Source: a virus | Lineage: Duplodnaviria > Caudoviricetes | Reading direction: 5' to 3' (one strand) | DNA length: 64,000 nucleotides | Virus record (IMG/VR): IMGVR_UViG_2513237087_000004 | Coordinates: 23,714-87,713 of that record | Part shown: in pieces, positions 53,443-62,779 of the stretch | Layout: each line of letters opens with the position of its first letter | Position numbering within the stretch: position 1 is the stretch's first letter | Made by a program: the position numbers and the translations under genes | Notes under the pieces: model-generated | The model's input: the letters and a program-made list of their open reading frames with translations, nothing else | What the model was told of the DNA's origin: nothing | Databases searched by the model: none

Positions 53443-53834
53443 GCATTGCTGACATTCGACTCATCGCGGCCGTCGGCCGCCGGGGGCAGCTCGGTCTCGA
53501 CGACGAGTTGCCGTGGCGCGATCCGGTTGACCTCGCGTTCTTCCGCAACAACACAACCTTCTGCACCGTCATCGTGGGCCGCCGCACCGCCGAAGCGGTC
53601 GGTACCCTGCCGAAGCGCCACGTCGCCATCTGGGACGGGAAGGAGGAGCCAGCCGCGTTCCTCGCCGGGATCAAGCAGCCGCATTGGGCGAAGGGCTCGC
53701 CGATCTGGATCGCCGGCGGCGCACGCACCTATCGCGCCTTCATGCCGCTCGTGCGAACCTGCGTCATCACGCGCATCGACTATGACGGGCCGGCCGACAC
53801 CTGGATGCCGCCCCTGTGGGAGCCTGCGCGATGA
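53439..53834 (+). CDS. folA: Dihydrofolate reductase
   Basis: LIAAV...GQLG...LPWRDPVDLAFF...VIVGRRT...LPKR...IAGGARTY...ITRID...ADTWMP. Confidence 0.85.
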   Translation: MSIADIRLIAAVGRRGQLGLDDELPWRDPVDLAFFRNNTTFCTVIVGRRTAEAVGTLPKRHVAIWDGKEEPAAFLAGIKQPHWAKGSPIWIAGGARTYRAFMPLVRTCVITRIDYDGPADTWMPPLWEPAR

Positions 53835-54340
53835 TTGCCCGCAGCGGCTCAGCCGTGACACCGACCTCCGGACCGGCACCGATCTGCCCGGCGTGCGGTA
53901 ACGCCGCCCGCTTGACCGACGGCAGCGAGATCTACCAGCATCGGCCCGATCTGCACCTCAAGCCGATCTGGAAATGCGACGGCTGCGGAGCCTATGTCGG
54001 ATGCCATCCCGGCGGCACACGTCCGCTGGGCACGCCGGCGGATGCTGAACTGCGCGTCGCGCGCTCGAAGCTGCACGAGCAGATGATCGACCCGCTTTGG
54101 CGGACGGCGGACGTCAGCGGCGAGTATGGCGCTGCGAACGATCGCAGCCGCCGGCGGATACGCGCCAAGGCGAGGGTGCGCGTCTACGACTTCATGTCCC
54201 ACCGGCTCGGGATTCCGAGGGACGAGTGCCACACCGGGCTGTTCGACATCGAACGCTGCCGCGCTGCGTGGCGAGCACTCCAGGGCATCACTTATCCCGA
54301 GATCAGGGCCTGGGCTCTGAAGCAGAAGGAAGCGGCCTGA
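53831..54340 (+). CDS. DUF3268-like zinc-finger protein
   Basis: CPACG...WKCDGCGAYVGCHPG...PLGTPADAELR. Confidence 0.85.
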   Translation: MIARSGSAVTPTSGPAPICPACGNAARLTDGSEIYQHRPDLHLKPIWKCDGCGAYVGCHPGGTRPLGTPADAELRVARSKLHEQMIDPLWRTADVSGEYGAANDRSRRRIRAKARVRVYDFMSHRLGIPRDECHTGLFDIERCRAAWRALQGITYPEIRAWALKQKEAA

Positions 54341-54786
54341 TGCGCATCCTCGTCTGCGGCGGCCGCACCTTCGGCAACCTCCCCCGCGACATCGAGCCCG
54401 GCGCCCTGCCGCAGCTCCAGGCCAAAGCCAGGGCGGAACGCGACTTGGTCAATTCCACGCTCACCCGCCTGCATCAGCAGTACCACTTCACGGTGCTGAT
54501 CCAGGGCGGCCAGCGCGGCGCCGATTACTGGGCCAAGAAGTGGGCTGAGCGCCACGGCGTTCCGGTGATCGAGTTCAAGGCCAACCGGTACCCGAACGGC
54601 CGCCGCCATGGAGTGGACCGCTCGGCCGGCCCGCGGCGGAACGCGCTGATGATCGCCGATGGGAAGCCGGACAGAGTCATCGCCTTTCCTGGTGGCAAAG
54701 GCACTGCATCCATGCTGGCCATCGCCCGGGCCGCCGGCGCGGAAATCCAGCGTATCCCCGCGAAAGAAGCAACGGAGGTCGCATGA
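54340..54786 (+). CDS. DUF2493/YspA-like SLOG protein
   Basis: RILVCGGR, IQGGQRGAD, AGPRRNALM, IAFPGGKGT. Confidence 0.85.
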   Translation: MRILVCGGRTFGNLPRDIEPGALPQLQAKARAERDLVNSTLTRLHQQYHFTVLIQGGQRGADYWAKKWAERHGVPVIEFKANRYPNGRRHGVDRSAGPRRNALMIADGKPDRVIAFPGGKGTASMLAIARAAGAEIQRIPAKEATEVA

Positions 54787-55142
54787 CCATCACCGACGGC
54801 AGCCCTGTGCCGACCACGAGCCACTGGAACATCTGCTGGAACACCTATGACAGCGCGCGTGTCGGGTTCGAGATCACGGCGTCGCCGCACGGATCGTGTC
54901 TTCCCATCTGCCAGAGCCCGCTTTACCGGCCCGGCGGCCGGACCAACTGGTCACACGATGAGTTGACCAGGCACGCGAATACGATCGCCGCCGCGCCTGA
55001 CCTGTTGGCCGCGGCCGAGCACCTGTCAACCGTTTACGACGGGATCTGGGTCAAGATCTCCGACGGCGAGGCCGCCTTGCTGAAGGAGGCGTGGGCGCGA
55101 ATGGAGGCAGCCATCGCCAAAGCGAGGGGCGTGGTGGCATGA
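54783..55142 (+). CDS. Hypothetical protein
   Basis: HANTIAAAPDLLAA motif of mosaic phage proteins. Confidence 0.65.
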   Translation: MTITDGSPVPTTSHWNICWNTYDSARVGFEITASPHGSCLPICQSPLYRPGGRTNWSHDELTRHANTIAAAPDLLAAAEHLSTVYDGIWVKISDGEAALLKEAWARMEAAIAKARGVVA

Positions 55143-55792
55143 GCGCGCTCCCAATCACCCTTCCCCTCTGCCCCGTCTGCCTTGACGGGGAGCACCATGA
55201 TGGCGGCTGCGAGATTTGCGGTCGCGAGTGTTCGCCGGAGGTGTCCCCCGCACCCGCCGGCGGAGCGGAGGAGATGGCGGCCCCCACCGTCATCTCCTCC
55301 ATACCCAACATCCATTCTCCGGCCATCCCTCCAGCAGGTGAACAGGAGAAGGCGCCAATGCCTGATCTTGTCGCACTCGCCGCTCGCGTTGCCGCGGGCG
55401 ATATCTCAGCCCTGAGCATCCGGCAGCCATACCCGCACCACATCTTCCATGACGGCAAGGATGTCGAGAACCGCGACTGGCCGACCAGACGCCGTGGCTG
55501 GATCATCGTTCATGCCGGCATCTCGAAGGTAGAGCTGGACATGGATGAACCGAGGGAGCGCGGCTTGCCGCGCGGCGGCGTGGTCGGCATGGCCCGGATC
55601 GTCGACTGTGTCACCGAGATGGACAGTGATTGGTTCTTCGGCCGCTATGGTTTCGTGCTCCGCGACGCCTTTGCACTGCCGCTGATCCCATGCAGGGGAA
55701 AGCTCGGGTTTTTCGAACTGGATGAGGGCATCCGGGCGCAGGTCGCGCATGCAATCCGTGCCGCGGTGACCACGGATGTGCCCCATGGCTGA
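55139..55792 (+). CDS. ASCH-domain protein
   Basis: ALSIRQPY...GKDVENRDW...IIVHAG...GGVVG. Confidence 0.85.
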   Translation: MSALPITLPLCPVCLDGEHHDGGCEICGRECSPEVSPAPAGGAEEMAAPTVISSIPNIHSPAIPPAGEQEKAPMPDLVALAARVAAGDISALSIRQPYPHHIFHDGKDVENRDWPTRRRGWIIVHAGISKVELDMDEPRERGLPRGGVVGMARIVDCVTEMDSDWFFGRYGFVLRDAFALPLIPCRGKLGFFELDEGIRAQVAHAIRAAVTTDVPHG

Positions 55793-56159
55793 ACTTCCTC
55801 GCAGGATGCGCTTGTCCAGATTGAAGGGCTTCAACCTGCAGCAGGCCAGCCGCGATCTGAACGGTCTGCTCGCCATCAAGGTCGACCGCTCTACGCCCCT
55901 CGGCAATCCCTTCGTGGTCGGCATCGACGGCACTGTGGATGAATGCGTCGACCTCTACGAGCATCTCCTGGCCGGCACCTTCTGCCTGACCAGCAAGGCA
56001 AGCTTGGATGCCCAACGCAAAGCCCGCACGACCGCCTTGGAGAGCCTGGACGAGATCCAGGGGATGAACCTCGCCTGCTGGTGCTCCCTCGGGTCCGCGT
56101 GCCACGGCGATGTGCTGTTGAGGGTGGCGAACAGCCAAGCCCGAGAGGCGGCGACGTGA
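55785..56159 (+). CDS. DUF4326-family protein
   Basis: VDRSTPLGNPF...NLACWC...CHGDVL. Confidence 0.85.
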   Translation: MAELPRRMRLSRLKGFNLQQASRDLNGLLAIKVDRSTPLGNPFVVGIDGTVDECVDLYEHLLAGTFCLTSKASLDAQRKARTTALESLDEIQGMNLACWCSLGSACHGDVLLRVANSQAREAAT

Positions 56160-56644
56160 TGGCGAAGGTCGAACCCACCGACGGCTGGGGGCCGCTGCGC
56201 CAGCGCATGGACCCGCCGGCGAAATCACGGATGCAGAGGCGAGCCCGTGGGCGACAGCAGGATCGCGCACACCTCGACCTGGTTCGCATGCTGCCATGCT
56301 TGATCACCGGCCAACTCGGCGGAGTCGATGCCGCACATATCCGCTTCTCGGATGCGGAGCACGGCAAGGTCAACCCCGGCGCTGCCAAGCCGGATGATCG
56401 ATGGACCGTCCCGCTTTCGCACGCGCTGCATACCGACGCCACCGAAGCACAGCACCGGCATGGCGAAGAGGCCTGGTGGCAGCGCAAGGGCATCAGCCCG
56501 TTGCGCGTGGCCGACAACCTCTACTCGCTGAGCAAGACGCTGCGCGACCTGAAGCAGCCCGAGGATTTCATCATCCGCGCGATGACCGCAGTCATCAGGG
56601 ACGCGCGCAACGCCGCCGGATTGGCTCACAGGAGCGGATCATGA
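56159..56644 (+). CDS. DUF968-like (HNH-related) protein
   Basis: HLDLVRMLPC...DAAHIR...KPDDRWTVPL...QH..GE..WW. Confidence 0.72.
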   Translation: MAKVEPTDGWGPLRQRMDPPAKSRMQRRARGRQQDRAHLDLVRMLPCLITGQLGGVDAAHIRFSDAEHGKVNPGAAKPDDRWTVPLSHALHTDATEAQHRHGEEAWWQRKGISPLRVADNLYSLSKTLRDLKQPEDFIIRAMTAVIRDARNAAGLAHRSGS

Positions 56645-57267
56645 CAACCGCCTATCCCCTTTCGTGGCCCGCAGGGCGACCGCGCCGAGCGCCGTCGCAG
56701 CGGAAGACCGGAAAGTTCAACAAGATCGCCAACCCTGATGAGCGGTGGAAGATCAAAAGATCTCTGTCGGTCGCAGACGCTGTCAAGCGCCTGCAAGGCG
56801 AGATTGATCGAATTGGTGGCTGCCTTCCAGTCATCAGCAGCAACGTCGAGCTTCGCCAGGACGGTCTGCCGAGGTCCGGTGCGAAGGAACCGATTGACCC
56901 CGGCGTCTGCCTCTATTTCCAGTTGGCGGGCCGGCCGCACGCGATGCCCTGCGACACCTACGAGAAGGTGGCCGACAACATCGCCGCCATCGCGGCGCAC
57001 ATCGAGGCGACCCGTGCGATCGAGCGTCACGGCGTGGCCAGCATCTCCGAGATGTTCGCCGGCTTCACCGCCCTGCCCGCGCCCGGCGCGACCAGGCCAT
57101 GGTGGGAAGTGCTGAACGTCTCCAGATCGGCCACGCGCGGCGAGATTGATGCCGCATACCGGGCCAAGGCGCGCACAGCGCACTCGGATGCGGGCGGATC
57201 TGATGCCGCAATGTCCGAACTCAACGTTGCCCGTGACACGGCGCTGAAGGAGATGAATCGTGGCTGA
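56641..57267 (+). CDS. Phage protein with C-terminal J-domain (HSD variant)
   Basis: AYPLSWP...PCDTYEKVADNIAAIA...WWEVLNV...AYRAKARTAHSDAGGS. Confidence 0.8.
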   Translation: MTTAYPLSWPAGRPRRAPSQRKTGKFNKIANPDERWKIKRSLSVADAVKRLQGEIDRIGGCLPVISSNVELRQDGLPRSGAKEPIDPGVCLYFQLAGRPHAMPCDTYEKVADNIAAIAAHIEATRAIERHGVASISEMFAGFTALPAPGATRPWWEVLNVSRSATRGEIDAAYRAKARTAHSDAGGSDAAMSELNVARDTALKEMNRG

Positions 57268-57529
57268 TGCAGACTATCGCGCCAGCGCCGTTGCCGCTGC
57301 CGTATCGTGGGCTCTCAAACAGACTGCCCCATGGACGGTAGACGACATGTGGAGAGCCATTCCTCCCGGTCCACATCTCTGGTCCGCCGCCGATGAGGCC
57401 GATCGCATCCGCCAGAAGTGGCGAAGGAAGGGATGGGCCACGTTCAGTCGGGATGGGAGGTTCACGGACTGGTCCTTGACCGAAGCCGGCAGGACGGCAC
57501 TCGCCCAGAAGCACAGCGCCAATGGCTGA
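57260..57529 (+). CDS. Hypothetical protein
   Basis: 89 aa, in operon. Confidence 0.55.
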   Translation: MADADYRASAVAAAVSWALKQTAPWTVDDMWRAIPPGPHLWSAADEADRIRQKWRRKGWATFSRDGRFTDWSLTEAGRTALAQKHSANG

Positions 57530-58118
57530 GCATCTCTTCTTCGGCAAGGTGCCGGTCCCGTACACGGTCTCCTGGAGCGGCGAGGAGGGCATGCACGTTG
57601 CACCGTGCCGGCACGCCGCCGGCCGTCGCGCGATCTGCCAGGGCGTGGCCCGCGGCGAGGGCAGGCCTCTGTTCGGCAAGCCGCATGCCCAGCGCCAGCG
57701 CGAGGTCATTGCTGAAGGGCTCTGCGATCTCTGCGGCAACTCGCTACGGAACCGCACGAAGGTGTCGCTCTCGCATGCCCGGCCGCGCGCGAACGGCGCC
57801 ACCGGCCTGAACATCCTCCAGGTCGAGCCTCTCCTGCACAAGGAATGCGCCCAGATCAGCGTCCGACATTGCCCATCCCTGCGACGGGACATCCGGGCCG
57901 GCTCGCTGAACATCCGGATCGTGACCCGCCATCAGGCGCAGTTCGCGATCATGGACGAGATCTACACGAAGCAGGTCGCCGGCGCGGCGGTCCGCGCCAT
58001 CGGGCACGCGAAGGTCGAGCTGCTCGCCTGGAAAGACCAGACGATCGAATGGCTCTTGGGGCAGCCGCTGCCGCCCGAGGGAGCCTCAAGCATAGCGGAG
58101 ATTTCCAATGAGCATTGA
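57522..58118 (+). CDS. Conserved phage hypothetical Zn-binding protein
   Basis: VPYTVSWS...HAQRQR...CDLCG...EPLLHKECA...HCPSL. Confidence 0.75.
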   Translation: MAEHLFFGKVPVPYTVSWSGEEGMHVAPCRHAAGRRAICQGVARGEGRPLFGKPHAQRQREVIAEGLCDLCGNSLRNRTKVSLSHARPRANGATGLNILQVEPLLHKECAQISVRHCPSLRRDIRAGSLNIRIVTRHQAQFAIMDEIYTKQVAGAAVRAIGHAKVELLAWKDQTIEWLLGQPLPPEGASSIAEISNEH

Positions 58119-59178
58119 TCCTCGCGTGGTCATTATCAGGCCGATCATCGGCATCGAAAATCGGACGCCTCAAGAGGTATTCGACATCATGGTGGATCGC
58201 ATCGCCTTCAACGACGACATTTTTACTCGCGTCGAAAATATCGTGGAATCCCCGTCGCTCCCCGCCGGAATGGTCTCGATCATCACGAATGGCACAACCC
58301 GCATCATTCCCGCCGACGAGCCCGTCTTCCTGATCCGGGGGCAGGACGCGCTCGGCGCGGCCGTGGTCCGCAAGCGGGCCTCGCTCGCGGCGCGGGCCGG
58401 CGTCGCTGGGGACATGGTGGCGGCGGCGCTGGAGCACGCGGACAAGATGGAGGCGTGGCCGGTCAAGAAGGTGCCGGACGTGCCTGCGGCAACCGTCGGG
58501 AGCGCCGGCATGCCGGCCGACCAAGGCGAATACCTGCCGTTGAAGTCTATGACCTCGCGCGACGTCCGGATCAGCCGGCTGCAAGCCGCGATCGAAGGCG
58601 AACTAGAAGGTCTGGTCTGCGGCGACAGGGAGGCCGACGTTATCCTGACCTATGTCGAGACCGGGAAGCACCCCGACGAGGTCAGCGGAGAGCGCGTCTC
58701 GGCGCCCCCGAATCTGTCAGGAGAGGTCGTATTCAACCTGGGCAGCTCCAAATTGAGGCGGCACGATTTCACTCGTGGGACCATCGTTACCGCCTCCAAA
58801 CCAGAGCTGGCCCCCAGTGGGACGGAGAAGATGCGGATGAGGCTGGAGATCGAGCCGAATACCATCCTCGACGCGGCGCACTGCGAGCTACTGGAGAAGG
58901 AGAACGCGGGCCTGCGCGAGCAGATCGCCGACCTCAAGGCCGACATCGATGTCGTCCGGCAGCACCTCGACCCGCAAGGCGACCACGATGACAAGGGCGT
59001 GGTGAAGCTGGCGGAGCCCCCACTTCGCGACCTTCTGCACGAAATTCGTCGCAACGGGCTGATCTATTGGGAGCCCAACACCACGCGAGGCCGTGAGCGC
59101 AAGGCCGACATGCTCGCCCGCATTGACGCCGCCCTCAAGGCCGCAGGCATTCCCGACGGTTCGGAGGGCGGGCGATGA
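58108..59178 (+). CDS. Mosaic phage hypothetical protein
   Basis: Includes PADEPVFLIRGQD module and a coiled coil. Confidence 0.65.
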   Translation: MSIDPRVVIIRPIIGIENRTPQEVFDIMVDRIAFNDDIFTRVENIVESPSLPAGMVSIITNGTTRIIPADEPVFLIRGQDALGAAVVRKRASLAARAGVAGDMVAAALEHADKMEAWPVKKVPDVPAATVGSAGMPADQGEYLPLKSMTSRDVRISRLQAAIEGELEGLVCGDREADVILTYVETGKHPDEVSGERVSAPPNLSGEVVFNLGSSKLRRHDFTRGTIVTASKPELAPSGTEKMRMRLEIEPNTILDAAHCELLEKENAGLREQIADLKADIDVVRQHLDPQGDHDDKGVVKLAEPPLRDLLHEIRRNGLIYWEPNTTRGRERKADMLARIDAALKAAGIPDGSEGGR

Positions 59179-60686
59179 CCGACACGCGCCCCACCAATTG
59201 TAGGAACCGCCTGCGCGACGAGGGTAAGCGATATCCGAAAAGCGGGTGCAAATCCTGTAGCGGCATCGTCCTACACCCCTGCCCTCACGAAGCATTCTTC
59301 CCGATGCCGGTAGAATCAGCCAGGGACCTCGACCAGATCGCGCTCGATGCCGCCGCCATCATCGATGCCCTGGCGCCCAAGGGGCATTACTCCGCCGGCC
59401 AGTGGAAGGCGCAGGTGCATCTCGCCGTGCTGGAGGCGTTGAAGCAGGGGGCACTGGTACAGCCGGCGCCGCCGGAGGCCGTGCCCACCCCTCCCGTGTC
59501 GGCCGCACCTGCCGACTTGCGTGAACGGTGCGGAGAAATCCTCGCGTGGAAGGCGTCCGGCATTCTCACAGGCGAAGCCCTGCGGGCGCTAGCGGGAACG
59601 GCTCCGGGCAGCGGGTGGGACGCGGGCCACGCGCTCTCCTGGGCGGAAAGCAAAACGGCTGAAGAGGCAATGCGAGCCGTCATCGCGGCGCCTGTGCCCC
59701 AGGTGGAGCCGGTCCGGCCGGCCCCGCCGGATGCGATGCAGGAGTTCGCCCGGCGCCTGGACGGCACGGCGGCGCATTGGAAGGCGCAGGGGCGCCATAC
59801 CTGCGAGCTGGGCGTCATGCCCATCCCCGAGGCGGAGCAACTTGCTGCGGCCCTGCGCGGGGCGGCCCCGCCGCCGCCGTCCGATGCGCAGGAAGCGCTC
59901 ACTGCCTTCGCCGATGCGCTCGAATGCTTCTGGAACGCATCGATCGGCGCGGCGCAGGGCGCGCAGGACTTCACCGCCCTCGCAACGGCGAGCGCGCTAT
60001 CCGAAGGCTTCACCGCCGTCGCCACGCGGATGCGCGAGCATGCTGCGGCTATCAGCGGTGCAGCGGCGGCCCATGGCCGGCGTGATCAGATCGCGGCGCC
60101 GACGCCGATCGGCTCGCCCGCCCCTTCCTCCCCCGTAGCCGGGGATGTGGGGGTGAAGCCGCAGGAGTGGCACAAGTCTCATATGCCGAGTTGGAACGGC
60201 GACTATCACACCGTTCCGACAGGCTACACCGTGCGTTGTGCGGATGAAAACGGCTGGAAATGGAGCGGCGCAGGTGTTGTTGGCTATGCCAGGTCTCCAG
60301 ATGGAGCAATGGCTGATGTCGGTATGCATCATGCAAATTTTGTCCGCTCCTGCCTCGTGCTCACGCCCCAGCCCATTGTGGAGCCGGTGGCGTGCGCCGT
60401 GCCGGCGGGGTGGAAGTTGGTGCCTATAGTACCAACCGAACCCATGGTGGAGGCGCACTTTGAAGCCCTCGCCAAGGCTGAGACCGTATTCGCCGACGTT
60501 CCTGATATCTGGAACGCCATGCTCGCGGCCCCCCCCTCCGCGCCGATCCCTGAGGTCGATGCGTGGGCAATAGTGGACCGCATAATTGCGCCTGATGCGT
60601 CGAGCTCGGTGCGTTTCGCTATGCATAAGGCCGCCAGCGCCGCCCTCTCCGCAGCCGGCATAACCGATAGCTCGGGAGAGGTATGA
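59175..60686 (+). CDS. Mosaic phage hypothetical protein (503 aa)
   Basis: TNCRNRLRDEGKRYPKSGC; VPAGWKLVPIVPTEPM...WNAMLAAPP; Pro/Ala linkers. Confidence 0.65.
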   Translation: MTDTRPTNCRNRLRDEGKRYPKSGCKSCSGIVLHPCPHEAFFPMPVESARDLDQIALDAAAIIDALAPKGHYSAGQWKAQVHLAVLEALKQGALVQPAPPEAVPTPPVSAAPADLRERCGEILAWKASGILTGEALRALAGTAPGSGWDAGHALSWAESKTAEEAMRAVIAAPVPQVEPVRPAPPDAMQEFARRLDGTAAHWKAQGRHTCELGVMPIPEAEQLAAALRGAAPPPPSDAQEALTAFADALECFWNASIGAAQGAQDFTALATASALSEGFTAVATRMREHAAAISGAAAAHGRRDQIAAPTPIGSPAPSSPVAGDVGVKPQEWHKSHMPSWNGDYHTVPTGYTVRCADENGWKWSGAGVVGYARSPDGAMADVGMHHANFVRSCLVLTPQPIVEPVACAVPAGWKLVPIVPTEPMVEAHFEALAKAETVFADVPDIWNAMLAAPPSAPIPEVDAWAIVDRIIAPDASSSVRFAMHKAASAALSAAGITDSSGEV

Positions 60687-60687
60687 G

Positions 60688-61131
60688 ATGGACCGCTACG
60701 AACTCGGTGCGGCTCTCGACGCCATAGCTGCCCCTACAAAGCCGCTGCACTGGGTTGGTGGCGCCGACGATGGCCGAGACTGGTGCCGCGATTGTGCCCG
60801 CGCCGTGGTCCGCCACCTTCGCCGCCATGACCGCAAGAACCGCGACGACTATGTCCTCGATGGCGGATGGCGGCGCGAGCAGGACAGCATGCCAACTTGC
60901 TCCGGCTGCGGCGCACACCTTAGCGCCGACCTGACACGGTACGGCGCGGAAGAAGAAGCGGCCTATTATCTCGAAAACGGCCTATCCAACACGCTGGAGG
61001 GCCGCGCCGTGGATGCCCTCTACCTTTCCGAAATCCTCGCCAACCTGCCGGACGGGGAGGATCGCGACACCCTGACGGCTATGGCCATGACCCTCATCCC
61101 CCCTGACGGCAAGACGGAGGCAGGGCGATGA
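60688..61131 (+). CDS. Hypothetical Zn-binding protein
   Basis: WCRDC...CSGC. Confidence 0.65.
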   Translation: MDRYELGAALDAIAAPTKPLHWVGGADDGRDWCRDCARAVVRHLRRHDRKNRDDYVLDGGWRREQDSMPTCSGCGAHLSADLTRYGAEEEAAYYLENGLSNTLEGRAVDALYLSEILANLPDGEDRDTLTAMAMTLIPPDGKTEAGR

Positions 61132-61421
61132 GCACCTATCCCGGCATCACCCGCGCCCTGTTCCTCATCGTGCTGGACAATGGTGGACTGCACCGCGACC
61201 GACCGGAGAAGGAGGTGCGGAGCGACATCGCACGGTGGTTGTCGCAGCAGCCGCAGGATCTCCTGCCGGCCATCGACGCATGGCTCGCCGGGCTGTCGGA
61301 CGAGGACCTCGAACTGGTCTGCGCCGGCGAGGCGAGCGAGGCCGATGCGTTCATGGCGTCGGCCGGAGCGCCGCCATTCACCAGCGATCTCCTAAACCGC
61401 TATTTCGACGAGGTCTGCTGA
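61128..61421 (+). CDS. Hypothetical protein
   Basis: Coupled; ELVCAGE...LLNRYFDEVC. Confidence 0.65.
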   Translation: MSTYPGITRALFLIVLDNGGLHRDRPEKEVRSDIARWLSQQPQDLLPAIDAWLAGLSDEDLELVCAGEASEADAFMASAGAPPFTSDLLNRYFDEVC

Positions 61422-61867
61422 TGGCCATCCGCCAGTCCATCGCCGCCATCCTGCTGCTGCTCAGCCTGCCCGCGTTCGCGGCACCCGTCTCGCCCGCCAC
61501 CATGCGGGTGATCGACGGCGACACCGTCGCCGTGGGCGCCGTCCACTATCGCCTTGTGGGCTTCGACACCCCTGAGAAGGGGCCCCGCGCGCGGTGCCCG
61601 GCCGAGCGCGAGCTCGCGAACCGCGCGGCGGCCCGCCTGCGCCAGATCATCGCCGCCGGCGGGGCCGACCTGGAAGAGGTGGCGTGCTCCTGCCGGCCCG
61701 GCACCCAGGGCACGCCCGCCTGCAATTACGGGCGGCGTTGCGGCACGCTGACGGCCGCGGGGCGCGACGTGGGCGCGATCCTGATCGCCGAGGGCCTCGC
61801 CCGCCCCTACCCCTTCGACTGGCGCCACCGCCCGCCGGCCGCCAACTGGTGCGGGGCGCGGCCATGA
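61421..61867 (+). CDS. Thermonuclease (SNase) family protein with signal peptide
   Basis: AAILLLLSLPAFA signal; VIDGDT...RLVGFDTPE...YGR...LIAEGLA. Confidence 0.88.
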   Translation: MAIRQSIAAILLLLSLPAFAAPVSPATMRVIDGDTVAVGAVHYRLVGFDTPEKGPRARCPAERELANRAAARLRQIIAAGGADLEEVACSCRPGTQGTPACNYGRRCGTLTAAGRDVGAILIAEGLARPYPFDWRHRPPAANWCGARP

Positions 61868-62487
61868 CGCAGGCCGCGCCGTCCCACCCCGATGACACCG
61901 GCCACCGGCTGGCTCTCTACCGGCTGGTGCGCATCGCCCGCGCCGTCCTGGCCGCCGATGGCGCCACCGAGGACTTGGCGCGCATGCGCCGGGAGTGCGC
62001 CGCCCTGCATCCAGCGATCATCGGCGCCATGGAGTTCGCCGAGCGCAGCGACCGCGCAGCGGGCGTGGAGGCCTGGTCCCTGCTGGTGCAGGCCTGCCGG
62101 GCGGCGCTGCGCCATATCGAGGATGGCTCCGGCGACGCCGCCTCCCGCGCGGCGGTTGCATCCTGGAAAGCCATCGTGGGCGTCATCTTCCCCATCGTGG
62201 ACGCCGATTGGCAGGCCTGGCGCGACACCGTGGCGCCGAAGCTCGGGAGACAGGCCCCTAGCGAGCCGTCGGCGGCGCGGGAGCCCGATGGCACGGCCTT
62301 CGGCTTGGGCGACCAGGTTGAGAAATACGCCGGCGAGGCCCGCTATGTCGGCCAGGTCGTCAGCGTCTACCAGACCACCAAGGGCGGCTCCCGCTACGTG
62401 GTGGAGGTGCAGCCGCAGGGATTCCAGATGATCTGCACGCGCGCCATGCTGCGCGCATTGGCAGATGGGCAAGGGACGAGGCCATGA
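61864..62487 (+). CDS. Hypothetical two-module protein
   Basis: C-terminal GDQVEKYAGEARYVGQVV module. Confidence 0.65.
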   Translation: MTQAAPSHPDDTGHRLALYRLVRIARAVLAADGATEDLARMRRECAALHPAIIGAMEFAERSDRAAGVEAWSLLVQACRAALRHIEDGSGDAASRAAVASWKAIVGVIFPIVDADWQAWRDTVAPKLGRQAPSEPSAAREPDGTAFGLGDQVEKYAGEARYVGQVVSVYQTTKGGSRYVVEVQPQGFQMICTRAMLRALADGQGTRP

Positions 62488-62765
62488 GCACCACCCCGCA
62501 TCGGCGCGATGTCCTGCCCGGCAGCCTGCCGCCCCGCGGCCTCTCGCGGGTCGAAGCTGCCGCCTATATCGGCGTGTCCCCGGGTCTCCTTGACGAGATG
62601 ATCCGCGACGGCCGCATGCCGCCGCCCAAGCGCATGAACACCCGCACGGTGTGGGACAGATACGAACTGGACACGGCCTTCAGCGCGCTGCCAAATGCCG
62701 GATCGACCGTGGCCAATGCTGCATGGGACGGTTCAAACGTCGAGCTCGTGGATTTCCGTGTTTGA
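62484..62765 (+). CDS. xis: Excisionase / AlpA-like HTH
   Basis: GLSRVEAAAYIGVS...GRMPPPKR...VWDRYELD; directly upstream of int. Confidence 0.82.
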   Translation: MSTTPHRRDVLPGSLPPRGLSRVEAAAYIGVSPGLLDEMIRDGRMPPPKRMNTRTVWDRYELDTAFSALPNAGSTVANAAWDGSNVELVDFRV

Positions 62766-62779
62766 ATCTGGAGGCGCAC

